Below, in pieces: positions 36,446-47,584 of a stretch of 64,000 bases of DNA. The stretch lies in NCBI GenBank assembly GCA_963758525.1, contig CAVWVQ010000001.1, positions 256,001 to 320,000 on the forward strand. Reading direction: 5' to 3'. Origin of the DNA: an uncultured Phycisphaerales bacterium (GTDB taxonomy: Bacteria > Planctomycetota > Phycisphaerae > Tepidisphaerales > Tepidisphaeraceae). Made by a program: the position numbers and the translations under genes. The notes under the pieces were generated by a model that saw only the letters and a program-made list of their open reading frames with translations, did no database searches and was not told the DNA's origin. Numbering within the stretch: the first letter of the stretch is position 1; every line of letters begins with the position of its first letter.

Positions 36446-38479
36446 ATGACCGACTGTCATTCTCTCATGCGACCTTGTTGTAAATCATTTGCGGGTTCGG
36501 CTGCACGGATCATCAGGAATTGCGCACTGGGCTTGATCGTCGCGCGCTCCGCCGGCGCGGGTTCGGTAAGCACGTACGATCATTGGGCTTTCAAGCCGCC
36601 AACGTTACCGGCGATTCCGTCGGTGCAGAATGTCGCCTGGATCGCAAATCCGATCGATCATTTTGTGCTCGCGAAGCTCGAATCGGCGGGACTGGCGCCG
36701 GCGCCGCCGGCGGACAAGCGGACGCTGATCCGGCGGGCGACGTTTGATCTGATTGGTCTGCCGCCGACGGCCGAAGAAGTGAACGCGTTTGTCGCGGACA
36801 GCTCGCCGGACGCGTTTGACAAAGTGGTGGATCGGTTGCTCGCGTCGCCTCACTATGGAGAGCGATGGGGCCGCCATTGGCTGGACGTCGCGCGGTACGC
36901 GGATAGCAAGGGATACGTCTTTCAGGAGGAGCGAAAGTATCCCTGGGCCTATACGTATCGTGACTGGGTCATCCGGTCCCTCAATGCCGATCTTCCCTAC
37001 GATCAATTTCTCCTTCAGCAAATTGCCGCGGATCGGCTCGCGACCGGGCCGGACAAGAGCTCGCTGGCGGCGATGGGATTTCTGACGCTGGGCCGGCGTT
37101 TTTTGAATCGCGAGCCGGACATCATCGACGATCGGATCGATGTTGTGTGCCGCGGAACGATGGCGCTGACCGTCGGCTGCGCGCGCTGTCACGATCACAA
37201 ATTCGATCCGATCCCCACGGCGGACTACTACTCGCTCTATGCGATTTTCAGCAACAGCCCGGAGGACAAGAACGCTCCAATCCTGGGAACTCCCGATCAA
37301 AGCCCGGCAGCGCTCGAGTATTTCCAAGAACGAACCAAACGTCAGGCCGCGGTCGATCAGTTCATCGATCAGCAGCGAAAATCGCTTGCCGCGAAGGGCG
37401 TCGCCGGCGGTCTGCCGTTGCCGCGGCTCAAACAACTGCTGGATCGAAAGACCATGGAAGAATTGCGGCGGCTGGAAAAGGCCGTCGACGAGCTGGACGC
37501 GACCAACCCGGCGGCCCCGCCGCGGGCGATGTGCTTAACCGACTCCGCCACGGTGCATCCGCAGCACATTTTTCTGCGCGGCAATCCCGACGCGCATGGC
37601 GATGTCGTGCCGGCGGAGTTTCTGAAAGTGCTTTCCGGTCCGGATCGCAAGCCGTTTACGCAGGGAAGCGGCCGGCTGGAGCTTGCGCAGGCGATTGCGT
37701 CAAAGGATAATCCGCTCACCGCGCGGGTGATGGTCAACCGCGTCTGGCTCGAGCATTTTGGCGCGGGAATCGTGCGCACGCCAAGTGATTTTGGAATGCG
37801 ATCTGATCCGCCAACGCATCCCGAGCTGCTCGACTGGCTGGCGATTCAATTCATGAACGACGGCTGGTCGCTCAAGAAACTGCACCGGCTGATCATGCTC
37901 TCCAGCACCTATCGCCAGTCGAGCGACGACAATCCCAGCGCCGAGAGCCGCGATCCGCAGAATCTGCTCGTCTGGCGGATGAACCGCCGCCGGCTCGATT
38001 TTGAAGCAACGCGCAACGCGCTCCTTGCCGCGGGTGGCGACCTCGATGATCAGATGTTCGGGCGCGCGGTCGATATCACCGCCGTTCCGTATTCCCATCG
38101 CCGAACGGTGTACGGCTTCATCGATCGGCAGAACCTTCCCGGTCTGTTTCGCAACTTCGATTTCGCCAGTCCCGACGCGACATGCCCGCGCCGGTTCACG
38201 ACGACCGTCCCGCAGCAGGCGCTGTTTTTCATGAACAGTGACTTTGTGATCGAGCAGGCAAAGTCACTGATCCGCCAGCCGCAAGTCGCGTCGCGACAGA
38301 TTCCCGGCGAACGAATCGTGGCGCTCTATCGGGTATTGTTTGAACGCGCTCCGACAGACGACGAGAAGCAACTTGGGGCCGAATTTGTGGCACACGAGTC
38401 GGATGATCCGGCACTGAGCGCATGGGACAAATATGCGCAAGTCCTCTTGGAATCGAACGAGTTTGTTTTTGTGGATTGA
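36446..38479 (+). CDS. DUF1549/DUF1553 (PSCyt2/PSD1) planctomycete protein
   Basis: HWAF, NPIDHF, YGERWGRHWLD, CARCHDHKFDP, THPELLDWL and SNEFVFVD motifs. Confidence 0.93.
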   Translation: MTDCHSLMRPCCKSFAGSAARIIRNCALGLIVARSAGAGSVSTYDHWAFKPPTLPAIPSVQNVAWIANPIDHFVLAKLESAGLAPAPPADKRTLIRRATFDLIGLPPTAEEVNAFVADSSPDAFDKVVDRLLASPHYGERWGRHWLDVARYADSKGYVFQEERKYPWAYTYRDWVIRSLNADLPYDQFLLQQIAADRLATGPDKSSLAAMGFLTLGRRFLNREPDIIDDRIDVVCRGTMALTVGCARCHDHKFDPIPTADYYSLYAIFSNSPEDKNAPILGTPDQSPAALEYFQERTKRQAAVDQFIDQQRKSLAAKGVAGGLPLPRLKQLLDRKTMEELRRLEKAVDELDATNPAAPPRAMCLTDSATVHPQHIFLRGNPDAHGDVVPAEFLKVLSGPDRKPFTQGSGRLELAQAIASKDNPLTARVMVNRVWLEHFGAGIVRTPSDFGMRSDPPTHPELLDWLAIQFMNDGWSLKKLHRLIMLSSTYRQSSDDNPSAESRDPQNLLVWRMNRRRLDFEATRNALLAAGGDLDDQMFGRAVDITAVPYSHRRTVYGFIDRQNLPGLFRNFDFASPDATCPRRFTTTVPQQALFFMNSDFVIEQAKSLIRQPQVASRQIPGERIVALYRVLFERAPTDDEKQLGAEFVAHESDDPALSAWDKYAQVLLESNEFVFVD

Positions 38480-38590
38480 GAGTTGATTCATGCACCCGCT
38501 CGGAGAAGCCCTCACCCCAACCCTCTCCCGGTGTAGCAGGAGAGGGGGCAAGAGCGGAGGCGCGAGTGTCGAAAGTGGAAGGACGGCGTG

Positions 38591-40039
38591 ATGTTGCATC
38601 ATCGAAACAATCCCAACGATCGATTCTTGAGCCGGCGGGATCTGCTGCAGAAATGCGGCATGGGACTCGGTGCGCTGACACTGGCCAGCGTTCTGGGGGA
38701 AGCGCGCGTGTTGTCGGCGCAGACAGCTTCGGAACTCAATCCGCTCATGGCGCGCCAGCCGCAGTTTCCGGCGCGGGCCAAACGCGTGATTCACCTGTTC
38801 ATGAACGGCGGCCCGTCGCACGTGGATACGTTCGATCCCAAGCCGGCGCTGGCGAAATATGCGGGGCAGGTCCTGCCGATCCCGAACCTCAAGACCGAGC
38901 GCAAAACCGGCGCGGCCTTTCCGTCCGCATTCAAGTTCAAGCGTTGCGGACAGAGCGGCATCGAAGTCAGCGAAATTTTTCCCCGCGTCGGCGCGTGCAT
39001 CGACGACATCTGCGTGATCCGCTCGATGCAGGCGGACGTGCCGAATCATGAGCCGTCGCTCCTGCTGATGAATTGCGGGGAAGCGCGCCAGATCCGCCCG
39101 AGCATGGGATCGTGGATCACGTATGGGCTGGGCAGCGAGAGTCAGAACTTGCCGGGCTTCATTGTCATGTGTCCCGGCGGCTATCCCATTCAGGAGTCGC
39201 AGAATTGGCAATCCGGATTTCTGCCGGGCGCGTACCAGGGAACCTACGTCGACAGTCAGTATACGGACATTCACAAGCTGATCGAAAATGTGCGGAGCCG
39301 GGTCAGCTCGCCCGCCACCCAGCGCCGGCAGCTCGATCTGCTGATGAAGCTCAATCAGGAGCATCTTGCGGCGCGCCAGCACGATGCGCAGCTCGAGTCG
39401 CGTATCCAATCTTTCGAACTGGCATACCGCATGCAATCCGACGCGAGCGACGCCTTTGACGTGAGCCGCGAACCGAAGCACATCCACGAGCTGTATGGGC
39501 CCGGAACCCAGGCCCGGCAGATGCTGATCGCGCGCCGCCTCGTCGAGCGCGGCGTCCGTTGCGTGCAACTTTGGACCGGCGCCGGTCAGCCATGGGACAA
39601 TCACGACGACTTATTTCAGCATCACCGCGAATTGGCACACGATTGCGATCAGGCGATCGCCGCGCTGCTGATCGATCTAAAGCAGCGCGGAATGCTCGAA
39701 GATACGCTGGTCATCTGGGGCGGCGAGTTTGGGCGCACGCCCACGGTCGAGCTGCCAACGCCGGGGGCCAATGCGGGAAAGGTGAACGGCCGCGACCACA
39801 ATCACTACGGATTTACGACCTGGCTTGCCGGAGGAGGCGTCAAAGGCGGCTACGTTCACGGCTCAACCGACGAATTCGGATTTGCCGCCGAGCGCGATCC
39901 GGTGCACGTTCACGATCTCCACGCGACCATCCTGCACCTGCTCGGATTCAACCACGAAAAATTCACCTATCGCTACGCCGGTCGCGATTTCCGGCTGACC
40001 GACGTGCATGGGAATGTGGTGCATGATCTGATTGCGTGA
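38591..40039 (+). CDS. DUF1501 family protein (Tat-exported)
   Basis: SRRDLL, GGPSHVDTFDPKP, WGGEFGRTP and GRDH motifs. Confidence 0.93.
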   Translation: MLHHRNNPNDRFLSRRDLLQKCGMGLGALTLASVLGEARVLSAQTASELNPLMARQPQFPARAKRVIHLFMNGGPSHVDTFDPKPALAKYAGQVLPIPNLKTERKTGAAFPSAFKFKRCGQSGIEVSEIFPRVGACIDDICVIRSMQADVPNHEPSLLLMNCGEARQIRPSMGSWITYGLGSESQNLPGFIVMCPGGYPIQESQNWQSGFLPGAYQGTYVDSQYTDIHKLIENVRSRVSSPATQRRQLDLLMKLNQEHLAARQHDAQLESRIQSFELAYRMQSDASDAFDVSREPKHIHELYGPGTQARQMLIARRLVERGVRCVQLWTGAGQPWDNHDDLFQHHRELAHDCDQAIAALLIDLKQRGMLEDTLVIWGGEFGRTPTVELPTPGANAGKVNGRDHNHYGFTTWLAGGGVKGGYVHGSTDEFGFAAERDPVHVHDLHATILHLLGFNHEKFTYRYAGRDFRLTDVHGNVVHDLIA

Positions 40040-40073
40040 ACGCAATCCTCAAGTTCAAGCAATGTGGCGCCCA

Positions 40074-40151
40074 CTACGTCGAGCGGAACGCAATGCCGTC
40101 ATTAAACCGCAGTGGCAGGAGGATTTCGAACCGACGGAATGCGCTGCTCAT
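40074..40151 (-). pseudogene. Truncated partner gene (MSSAFRRFEILLPLRFNDG...)
   Basis: Overlaps the 3' end of the 73-aa ORF; stops after 25 codons. Confidence 0.45.
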
Positions 40152-40323
40152 ACGTCGCGGGGCCTTCTACTGAGAACGCTATGCCTTCGATAGCGAGCTC
40201 GGCCAAGGCTGACTCGGGCACAACCATCTCTCCGGTCGCCCAACTCTTGATCGGGAAGCGACCCGCGAGATAGCCGAGTGCCTTCTGTTTGTTCGCGTGA
40301 TCTGGAAATCGAATTCGAACCAT
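40102..40323 (-). CDS. Small hypothetical protein (73 aa)
   Basis: ORF track; first gene of a two-gene TA-like pair. Confidence 0.6.
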   Translation of the reverse strand: MVRIRFPDHANKQKALGYLAGRFPIKSWATGEMVVPESALAELAIEGIAFSVEGPATYEQRIPSVRNPPATAV

Positions 40324-40489
40324 AGCACAAGTAAGTGTATTAAATTCCCGTCACGTTCCAATCACCAATCGTCGCAAGGCATCGCTCACAGCTCATACCC
40401 GTCGCGATAATTGTGCGGCAATGACGTTGGGTGTGGAAACCGCCGAGCAGTTCGCCTTGCCTGACGGCCTGCGGCCTTCTTTGCAGCCG

Positions 40490-40518
40490 TTGACTGCGCC
40501 GCGGGCCACTTCTATGAT
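40490..40518 (+). promoter_or_regulatory. Sigma70 promoter of trxA
   Basis: TTGACT-17 bp-TATGAT. Confidence 0.65.
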
Positions 40519-40568
40519 CCCCTCGTCCAGCCAGTCGGCAAAAAACAACGGAAATAGGAGTTTCGATC

Positions 40569-40901
40569 ATGGCTCAAAATGTCACCGAGTTCACCGACCA
40601 GAATTTTGAGTCAGAAGTGCTCAAGAGCTCCGTCCCGGTATTGGTCGATTTCTGGGCCGAGTGGTGCATGCCGTGCCGAATGCTCGCGCCGACGATCGAA
40701 AAGCTGGCAACCGACTATGTCGGGAAGGTGAAGGTCGGGAAACTCGATACCGACGCCAACCGCGACGTCTCCATCAAGTATGGCATCAGCGCCATTCCGA
40801 CCGTCATCCTCTTCAAGGACGGCCAGGTGGCGCAAAAGTTTGTCGGGCTTCGTAACGAGCGCGATTTCAAGGAAGCGCTTGCCGCCGTCGGGGCGCGATA
40901 G
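40569..40901 (+). CDS. trxA: Thioredoxin
   Basis: VLVDFWAEWCMPC and IPT motifs. Confidence 0.95.
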   Translation: MAQNVTEFTDQNFESEVLKSSVPVLVDFWAEWCMPCRMLAPTIEKLATDYVGKVKVGKLDTDANRDVSIKYGISAIPTVILFKDGQVAQKFVGLRNERDFKEALAAVGAR

Positions 40902-40931
40902 GCCCTGGCGGTTCAAGAATGATCCCTCGCA

Positions 40932-41501
40932 TCATCCGCGGGTCCCGGACTGCTTTCTGACCGCAGCGAGCACATTGCAAAACAAAACGCCCTGACCGAT
41001 CGCGTCGTCGACGGCCACGTGATTGTGCTTCAGCTTTTCAAACCACGCCTTGGGCATGTTTCGCTTGGTCGAGTCGCGGTATCCCCTGCCCAGCGCGGCC
41101 ATGGCGAGTGTCTTGATATCCAGGGCAGAGTGCGAAAAGGGACTCGCGCCCGTGAATCGCATCAGATACCAGTACACGAACATGAAGTCGTAAGAGGCGG
41201 GATATCCGACGAAGACCGGCCGACCGGGCAACGCGGCTACCCAGGCGACGTAATCCGCCATGACGATGGACGGATCGCGAGCGTTTTGCCGGGTGGCAGC
41301 CCACGCTTCGGGTTGGCTGCCCCACCATTGCATGGTTTCGGGATGGCCAGTTGCGCCCGGGAGTAACTCAAGGTTCGCGCTAAACACGCAAACCAGCGTC
41401 TTGTCTTCGAGAAACGCCGCCGAGCCGATGCTGAGCATCGAATGCGGCCCGGGGATCGGCCCATCCGCCTCGATATCCGTGCTGACGTAGATTTCAGGCA
41501 A
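40932..41501 (-). CDS. DEDDh 3'-5' exonuclease (Rv2179c-like)
   Basis: STDIEADGP...YDF...HVAVDDA. Confidence 0.85.
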   Translation of the reverse strand: MPEIYVSTDIEADGPIPGPHSMLSIGSAAFLEDKTLVCVFSANLELLPGATGHPETMQWWGSQPEAWAATRQNARDPSIVMADYVAWVAALPGRPVFVGYPASYDFMFVYWYLMRFTGASPFSHSALDIKTLAMAALGRGYRDSTKRNMPKAWFEKLKHNHVAVDDAIGQGVLFCNVLAAVRKQSGTRG

Positions 41502-41782
41502 AATGCCTCCTTGTGATCGAGCAGTGTATCAGTCCGAGCATTCCCAAATGCTCGCATCGGGCGTCGGCAAATCCAAGCCTTTTAGTGTACCGCTGACTCG
41601 GCGTGGGCGTGAAAACGTCTCCAAATCGGGGCGGGAAACGCACCGGCTCCACGAAATGGCGGTTAGGGGAGTCGACCTTCGACCCGGTTGTGTTTTTGTG
41701 CCTGAAACCGTCTCGTGTGGCCCTCGCGCTGGCGGTGGACGCGGCGGGGCCTATAATTCCCCGGCGATTAACAGGAGATGCG

Positions 41783-43014
41783 TTGGGCGAGCGGTATTTG
41801 CAGCACACATTTGCGAATGGACTTACGATTGTTGGCGAGCGGATGGCAGGGATGCAGTCCGCAGCCATGACGTTTTTGTTGCCAGCGGGGGCGGCGAGCG
41901 ATCCGGTGGATCGTTCGGGCTCGGCAACGGTTTTGGCTGATTTGGTGCTGCGCGCGCCGGAAATCGGGATAATCGTCAATTGACGGACTATCTCGACACG
42001 CTGGGCCTGCAGCGGTCGGCCAGCGTGGGGGTGCAGCACGCGCGGTTTGGATGCGCGGCGTTGGCCCAGAAAGTGATGGAGGGGCTGGACGCGTACGCCG
42101 ACATTGTGCGACGGCCGCACCTTCCCCAATCAGGCTTCGACGCGGCACGCGATCTGGCGCTGCAGGCGCTGGCGGGAGTGGACGATGAGCCGCGGCAGAA
42201 GCTGATGATCAAGCTGCGGGAATGGCATTTCCCGTCGCCCTATGGGCGCAACACAATGGGAGAACGTGCGGAGTTGGAGAAGCTGACGCTCGATTTGAGC
42301 CGGGCGGACTATTCGCAACGATATCACGCGCAGGACACCATTATTTCCATCGCGGGGAACATCGATTTCGAGCGTGTGAAATCCGAGATCGAACGCCTGT
42401 TCGGGGACTGGCAGGGTCCGGCGACGGCGCCGTTGAGACTGTTGCCGCCGCCGGGGCGGGCTCTTCACGTCGATCAGGCCAGCGAACAGACCCATATTGG
42501 CATTGCGTATCCCTCGACGCAGGAAATCGACGCGAACTATTATGCGGCGCGGATGGCGATTGAAGTGCTCAGCGGCGGGATGAGCGGACGGCTGTTCACC
42601 GAGGTGCGCGAGAAGCGCGCCCTGTGCTACTCCGTTTCGGCGGGATACAGCAGCCTGCGGGGAATCGGCAGCATTCTTGCGTACGCGGGGACGAGCAACG
42701 ACCGGGCCCAGGCCACGCTCGACTGCGTCATGGCGGAGTTGCATCGCCTGCACGAGGGGATCACGAGCGAGGAGCTGAACCGCGCCAAGACCGGGCTCAA
42801 GGCCAGCACGATCATGCAAGGCGAATCGACCAGTGCGCGGGCCGGCGCAATTGCGCACGACTTCTACATGCGCGGGCGGATTCGCACGCTCGACGAGATC
42901 AAGTCGTCGATCGATTCCGTGACGGTCGATCAGGTGAACTCATATTTGAGGGCTCATCCGCCCGGACCGTTTACGATCGTTACCGTCGGTCCCAAAGAGC
43001 TGAAGCTTCCGTAA
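41783..43014 (+). CDS. M16 family peptidase, non-catalytic subunit (frameshift ~41960)
   Basis: GGMSGRLFTEVREKRALCY; no HxxEH motif. Confidence 0.85.
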
Positions 43015-43127
43015 TTGAATGTGAGCGAGTACGCCCACATGCCGCAGGATGCTGCCCGTCCGGGCAGCCGCTAAACACGAGGGTTGGGAAGCGCCCGTCC
43101 TCGCACACTCATCGAGAGGATTTATCC

Positions 43128-44380
43128 ATGCTTTCGTTTCATCAGGCCCAACTTTCCAACGGCCTGGACATCATCGCGGAGGAAAACCCCGACTCCTATT
43201 CCACGGCGCTGGGCCTGTTCGTCAAGACCGGGTCGCGCGATGAGGCTGAGGAGATCAACGGCGTTTCGCATTTTCTCGAACACATGATGTTCAAGGGCTC
43301 CAGCAAATACACGTGGGAAGACGTGAACCGGATCTTCGATGAGATCGGAGCCAAGTACAACGCGTTTACCTCGCAGGAGATGACCGCCTACTACGCGAAC
43401 GTGCTGCCGGAGTTCACTGAGAAGGCGATGGAGCATCTGTCGCACCTGCTGCGCCCGGCGATCCGAACCAGCGACTTCGAGACGGAGAAGAATGTCATTC
43501 TCGAGGAAATCGCGATGTACCTGGATGATCCGGGGCATCGGCTGTACGAGAAGCTGATGCAGATCCATTTCGGGCACCACCCGTTGTCGATGAGCATTCT
43601 CGGCGCGCCTGAATCGATCACGCGACTGCAGCGCGATCAGATGGCGCGATACTTCGCGCAGCGATATGGCCCGGGAAATATGGTGCTCGCCGCGACGGGC
43701 CGGCTTGCGTTCGACCAGATCGTCTCGCTGGCGGAAAAGTATTGCGGCTCGTGGCCCCATGTGGATGCGGCGCGCAACAACCGGCGCCGATTTATAAGCC
43801 GCAGCGCAGCGACATGTTCGACACGAAGCTCAACCGCCAATATCTGATGGCGATGATGCCGGGGCCCAGTGCGCAGGACGATCGCCGGTTTGCGGCGCGC
43901 GTGCTGGCCGATGTGATCGGCGACAGCGACGGAAGCCGGCTGTATTGGGCCCTGGTGGACAACGCGATCGCCGAGGATGCGGATTTCGGATTTTATCCGC
44001 ACGACTCGTGCGGCAGCTTCTATCTCGCGCTGACCGCCGGTCCGGAACGGATCGATCAGGCGCTGAAGATCGCCCTGGGCGAATTGGCAAAGGTGAAGCA
44101 CGATCTGAACGATGCCGAAATCGAGCGCGCGAAGAACAAACTGGCGAGCAGCCTGGTGTTGCAGGGGGAAGTGCCGCTGGGGCGCATGCGCTCGATCGGC
44201 GGGCAGTGGATCTACAACAAAGAGTATCGATCACTGGAGCAGGATATGGCCACGCTGCAGGCCGTTGATCGCAAGTCACTGCAGCAGCTGACCAGCGATT
44301 TCCCGTTTGATCCGATGACGATCGTCACGCTGGGGCCGGGAGCGACCGGGAACGGGCAGTCCGCTGATGCCGCTCGCTGA
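43128..44380 (+). CDS. M16 family zinc peptidase, catalytic subunit (frameshift ~43775)
   Basis: GVSHFLEHMMFKG (HxxEH), NAFTS and VILEE motifs. Confidence 0.9.
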
Positions 44381-44406
44381 ATAATCAGCGTGCGGCGCGG
44401 ACCCTG

Positions 44407-44610
44407 CTAATCTGTCCGCCGCCGCGCTTCGGTAATGTCAGCGATCAGTTCCTCATCGCTTACGCCCATCGCTGCAAATTGCCGTCGCAGGGGCGCGAGT
44501 ACGTCATCCATCGATTCCCGCGCCGCGGCGTGGGCCACAAGATGAGCGACATACGCTGATACGTCCTCTCCCGCGGCTGCGGCCCGCTCGGGAAGGCGAA
44601 TTTCCAGTTG
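44407..44610 (-). pseudogene. Antitoxin-like (RHH-type) gene remnant
   Basis: LPERAAAAGEDVSAYV...LAPLRRQF...SDEEL; no clear start. Confidence 0.4.
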
Positions 44611-44736
44611 GGGGGGATTTCGATCGTCAGCATCATTGCCTGGGATTATATCCAAGTGGCGTGAGACCGCACTCCCCCCAAGAGGGATGATCTTTACCGC
44701 ACGACTCCGACCGGCGATCCGTATATCATTCACCAA

Positions 44737-45612
44737 ATGACCGATCGCGTGCCGCGCAAGTTCACGTTCGCCGATCTCCGTACCGCCCGGGCGACGGGCG
44801 CGAAGACTCCGTTCCTCACCTGCTATGACTACACGACCGCCAGGCTGATGCAGGCGGCGGGAGTAAGCGGACTGCTCGTCGGTGATTCGGCGGCGAATGT
44901 GATCCTCGGCCATCCGACCACCCTTCCGGTTTCTCTTTCCTTCATGATCGAAATTACGGCGGCGGTGCGCCGCGGAGCGCCTCTGGCGCTGCTGATGGCG
45001 GACATGCCGTTTGGGTCGTATCAGGGGTCGATCGACCGCGGAGTGCGGGCGGTGGCAAGAATGGTGAAACTTTCCGGCTGCGATTGTGTAAAGATAGAGG
45101 CGGGGCCGAGTCATCTCGGTCTTGTGACGGCATTGGCAGACTCCGGTGTGGCGGTGATCGCTCATTTGGGCTTGCGGCCGCAGTCGATCGGAGTGTTGGG
45201 TGGATATCGCTTTCAAGGTCGAACGGTCGAAGAAGCGTTGGAGATTGTGAAGTTGGCAAAGGGCATGGAACGTGCCGGAGCGGCGGGACTTCTGTTGGAA
45301 GCCGTGCCGCGGGAAGTCGCCGCGGCGGTGATGGAATCGGTCGGGGTTCCGGTGATTGGGTGCGGCGCCGGGCACCCGTGCGACGGAAGCGTTGTCGTGA
45401 CGCACGATGCGATCGGACTCACGGCGCGGCCTCCCAAATTTGCACCTGCAATCGCCGACCTTGCCAAGCCGCTGGAGCAGGCCTTTGCCGACTACGTTCG
45501 ACTGATTGCAAGCGGCCGCTATCCGGAGCCGGAACATCGCTATGAAATGCCGGCCGAGGAGAAGGCGAAATTTCTGGAATATCTGGAGCCCGCGAGCGTT
45601 TCCCGGCCGTAA
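44737..45612 (+). CDS. panB: 3-methyl-2-oxobutanoate hydroxymethyltransferase
   Basis: LTCYD, LLVGDS, ADMPFGSY and AHLGLRPQ motifs. Confidence 0.96.
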   Translation: MTDRVPRKFTFADLRTARATGAKTPFLTCYDYTTARLMQAAGVSGLLVGDSAANVILGHPTTLPVSLSFMIEITAAVRRGAPLALLMADMPFGSYQGSIDRGVRAVARMVKLSGCDCVKIEAGPSHLGLVTALADSGVAVIAHLGLRPQSIGVLGGYRFQGRTVEEALEIVKLAKGMERAGAAGLLLEAVPREVAAAVMESVGVPVIGCGAGHPCDGSVVVTHDAIGLTARPPKFAPAIADLAKPLEQAFADYVRLIASGRYPEPEHRYEMPAEEKAKFLEYLEPASVSRP

Positions 45613-45708
45613 GATGTAGTTTGATGTTTTGACGAAAATGCTTTGAGCGGCCGGCTTGTGCCTGTGGGTTTCGGATTCGTTCATTTATCAGCCATCAATG
45701 GAGACTAT

Positions 45709-47286
45709 ATGAATTCGTTTCGTAAATCGTTGGCAGTCATGGTCCTCAGCGGAGGCACCGTGGGCGGATTGCTTGTTGGGGCCGGGGTGGTGCGGGAGTA
45801 TGCGTTCGCGCGGGCCGAGCAAAAAGTCGAGGCGTCGCGGGAGCAACTTTCCACGGTGACCGATCTGTCCACGGTCTTCCGCGAAGTCGGCAAGGCAGTG
45901 GAGCCGTCGGTCGTGAACATCACGGTGCATAAGAGCATCAAGGGCGTTCGGCGCGAGCTGCCGTTCGACGATGATCTGCTCAAGCGATTCTTCCCCGATC
46001 GCTTCAAGGATCAGCCGGACAAGAACAACAATGACGACAACGGCAACAACGATCAGCCGGATCCCAACGGCGGCGATGACGGCGCGGAGCAGGTCGGCAC
46101 GGGCAGCGGCGTGATCATGGAAGTGGACGGAAAGTACGGGTACATCCTGACCAACAATCACGTTGCCGGCGGGGCGACGGAAATGCTTGTGACCCTTTCG
46201 GACGGCCGACGAATTGAAAACGCCAAAGTGCTGGGGACCGATCCGAAGAGCGATCTGGCCGTGGTCAAGATCGAAGCCGAGCATCTCATCCCCGCACGCT
46301 GGGGCGACAGCAGCACGCTCGAAAAGGGCGACTGGATTCTCGCCTTTGGAAGTCCGTTCGGATACGTCGGGTCGATGACGCATGGCATCGTCAGCGCGCT
46401 CGATCGGCAGGCCGGTATTCTCGGGAGCCAGGGTTACGAAGACTTCATCCAAGTGGATGCGCCGATTAATCCGGGCAACAGCGGCGGGCCGCTGGTGAAC
46501 ATCCACGGCGACGTGGTGGGAATCAATACCGCCATCGCATCGCGCAGCGGCGGGTTCCAGGGAATTGGCTTTGCAATTCCTTCCAACGAAGCCAAGTTCG
46601 TCTACGGCGCTCTCAAGGATAAAGGACATGTCACCCGCGGATGGCTCGGCGTAAGCATCAGCGACGTCGCCAATGACCTTCCCAAGGCGCACAGCTTCGG
46701 CTACCAGGGCACCACGGGCGTGCTCGTGGAACAGACGTTCCCGAACACCCCTGCCACCGGAAAGCTTCAGCCCGGCGATATCATTGAAGAGATCAACGGA
46801 AAGCCCGTCGAGAGCGTCCTGGCGCTGCGAAACAGCGTGGCCGCGAATCCTCCGGGGGCTGAGATGAACTTCAAGATTTTCCGTGATGGCAAGGACTCTG
46901 ACGTGACCATCAAGCTCGGCGAGCAACCCGCCGATCTCGTTGCCTTTGGTCACGGGGCAACGCCCAGCGACAGCGGCGTGGCTCCGTCGAGCACTGCCGA
47001 CGCGCTGGGAATGAAGCTGGTGACGCCCGATCAGCAGGCGGTCACGCAATACAATCTCTCGGAGAAAGAGGGCGCGCTGGTGGTGACCGTGAAGCCGCGC
47101 TCGGCGGCTGACAAAGCCGGGATTCGCCCGGGTGATTTGATCACGCATGTCGCGGGCCAGGTGGTCACCAACGCCAAGCAGGCCGGCGACGCAATTGCCA
47201 AACAGGATGTGACCAAGGGCATCCGCTTCTATGTGACCAACGCTGACGGATCACGATTCGTCTTCGTCGAACCGGAGAAGAAATAA
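45709..47286 (+). CDS. HtrA/DegP-family serine protease with two PDZ domains
   Basis: TNNHV, DLAV and INPGNSGGPL catalytic triad motifs. Confidence 0.95.
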   Translation: MNSFRKSLAVMVLSGGTVGGLLVGAGVVREYAFARAEQKVEASREQLSTVTDLSTVFREVGKAVEPSVVNITVHKSIKGVRRELPFDDDLLKRFFPDRFKDQPDKNNNDDNGNNDQPDPNGGDDGAEQVGTGSGVIMEVDGKYGYILTNNHVAGGATEMLVTLSDGRRIENAKVLGTDPKSDLAVVKIEAEHLIPARWGDSSTLEKGDWILAFGSPFGYVGSMTHGIVSALDRQAGILGSQGYEDFIQVDAPINPGNSGGPLVNIHGDVVGINTAIASRSGGFQGIGFAIPSNEAKFVYGALKDKGHVTRGWLGVSISDVANDLPKAHSFGYQGTTGVLVEQTFPNTPATGKLQPGDIIEEINGKPVESVLALRNSVAANPPGAEMNFKIFRDGKDSDVTIKLGEQPADLVAFGHGATPSDSGVAPSSTADALGMKLVTPDQQAVTQYNLSEKEGALVVTVKPRSAADKAGIRPGDLITHVAGQVVTNAKQAGDAIAKQDVTKGIRFYVTNADGSRFVFVEPEKK

Positions 47287-47319
47287 ACCGTCCAGCCTCT
47301 CATCCTGGTGAGACAACCG

Positions 47320-47356
47320 AAACTCCCGGTCGAAAGACCGGGAGTTTTTGTTTTTT
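47320..47356 (+). terminator. Rho-independent terminator
   Basis: aaactcccggtc-gaaa-gaccgggagttt followed by a T-tract. Confidence 0.85.
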
Positions 47357-47584
47357 ATCGGACACGGCTTGCCGCCTGCATCCCCCTCATGGGTTTACCG
47401 GCCCGTCCCATAGAACCCGCGTTAACAGTTCCTTGCTCGCCACCGGCAAAAACTGCGCAACTCTGCTAAAGCTCCCGCGCACAATGTCGGATACTAACTG
47501 GTCAAACGGCTTCGCCGGCCGTAGGCGAAACGATCAGGCAGCATGTGACCCGTGCGGCCGCTTCGTCCGCCACCCAGGAGAGAA

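Noticed and set aside
41520..41750. Possible structured ncRNA between the exonuclease and M16 genes
   Set aside because: No recognisable family motif; compatible with a divergent promoter region
47498..47550. Possible c-di-GMP-I (GEMM)-like riboswitch upstream of the response regulator
   Set aside because: Only loose resemblance (GGTCAAAC...GCGAAAC); the GAAA tetraloop/receptor and second stem could not be identified
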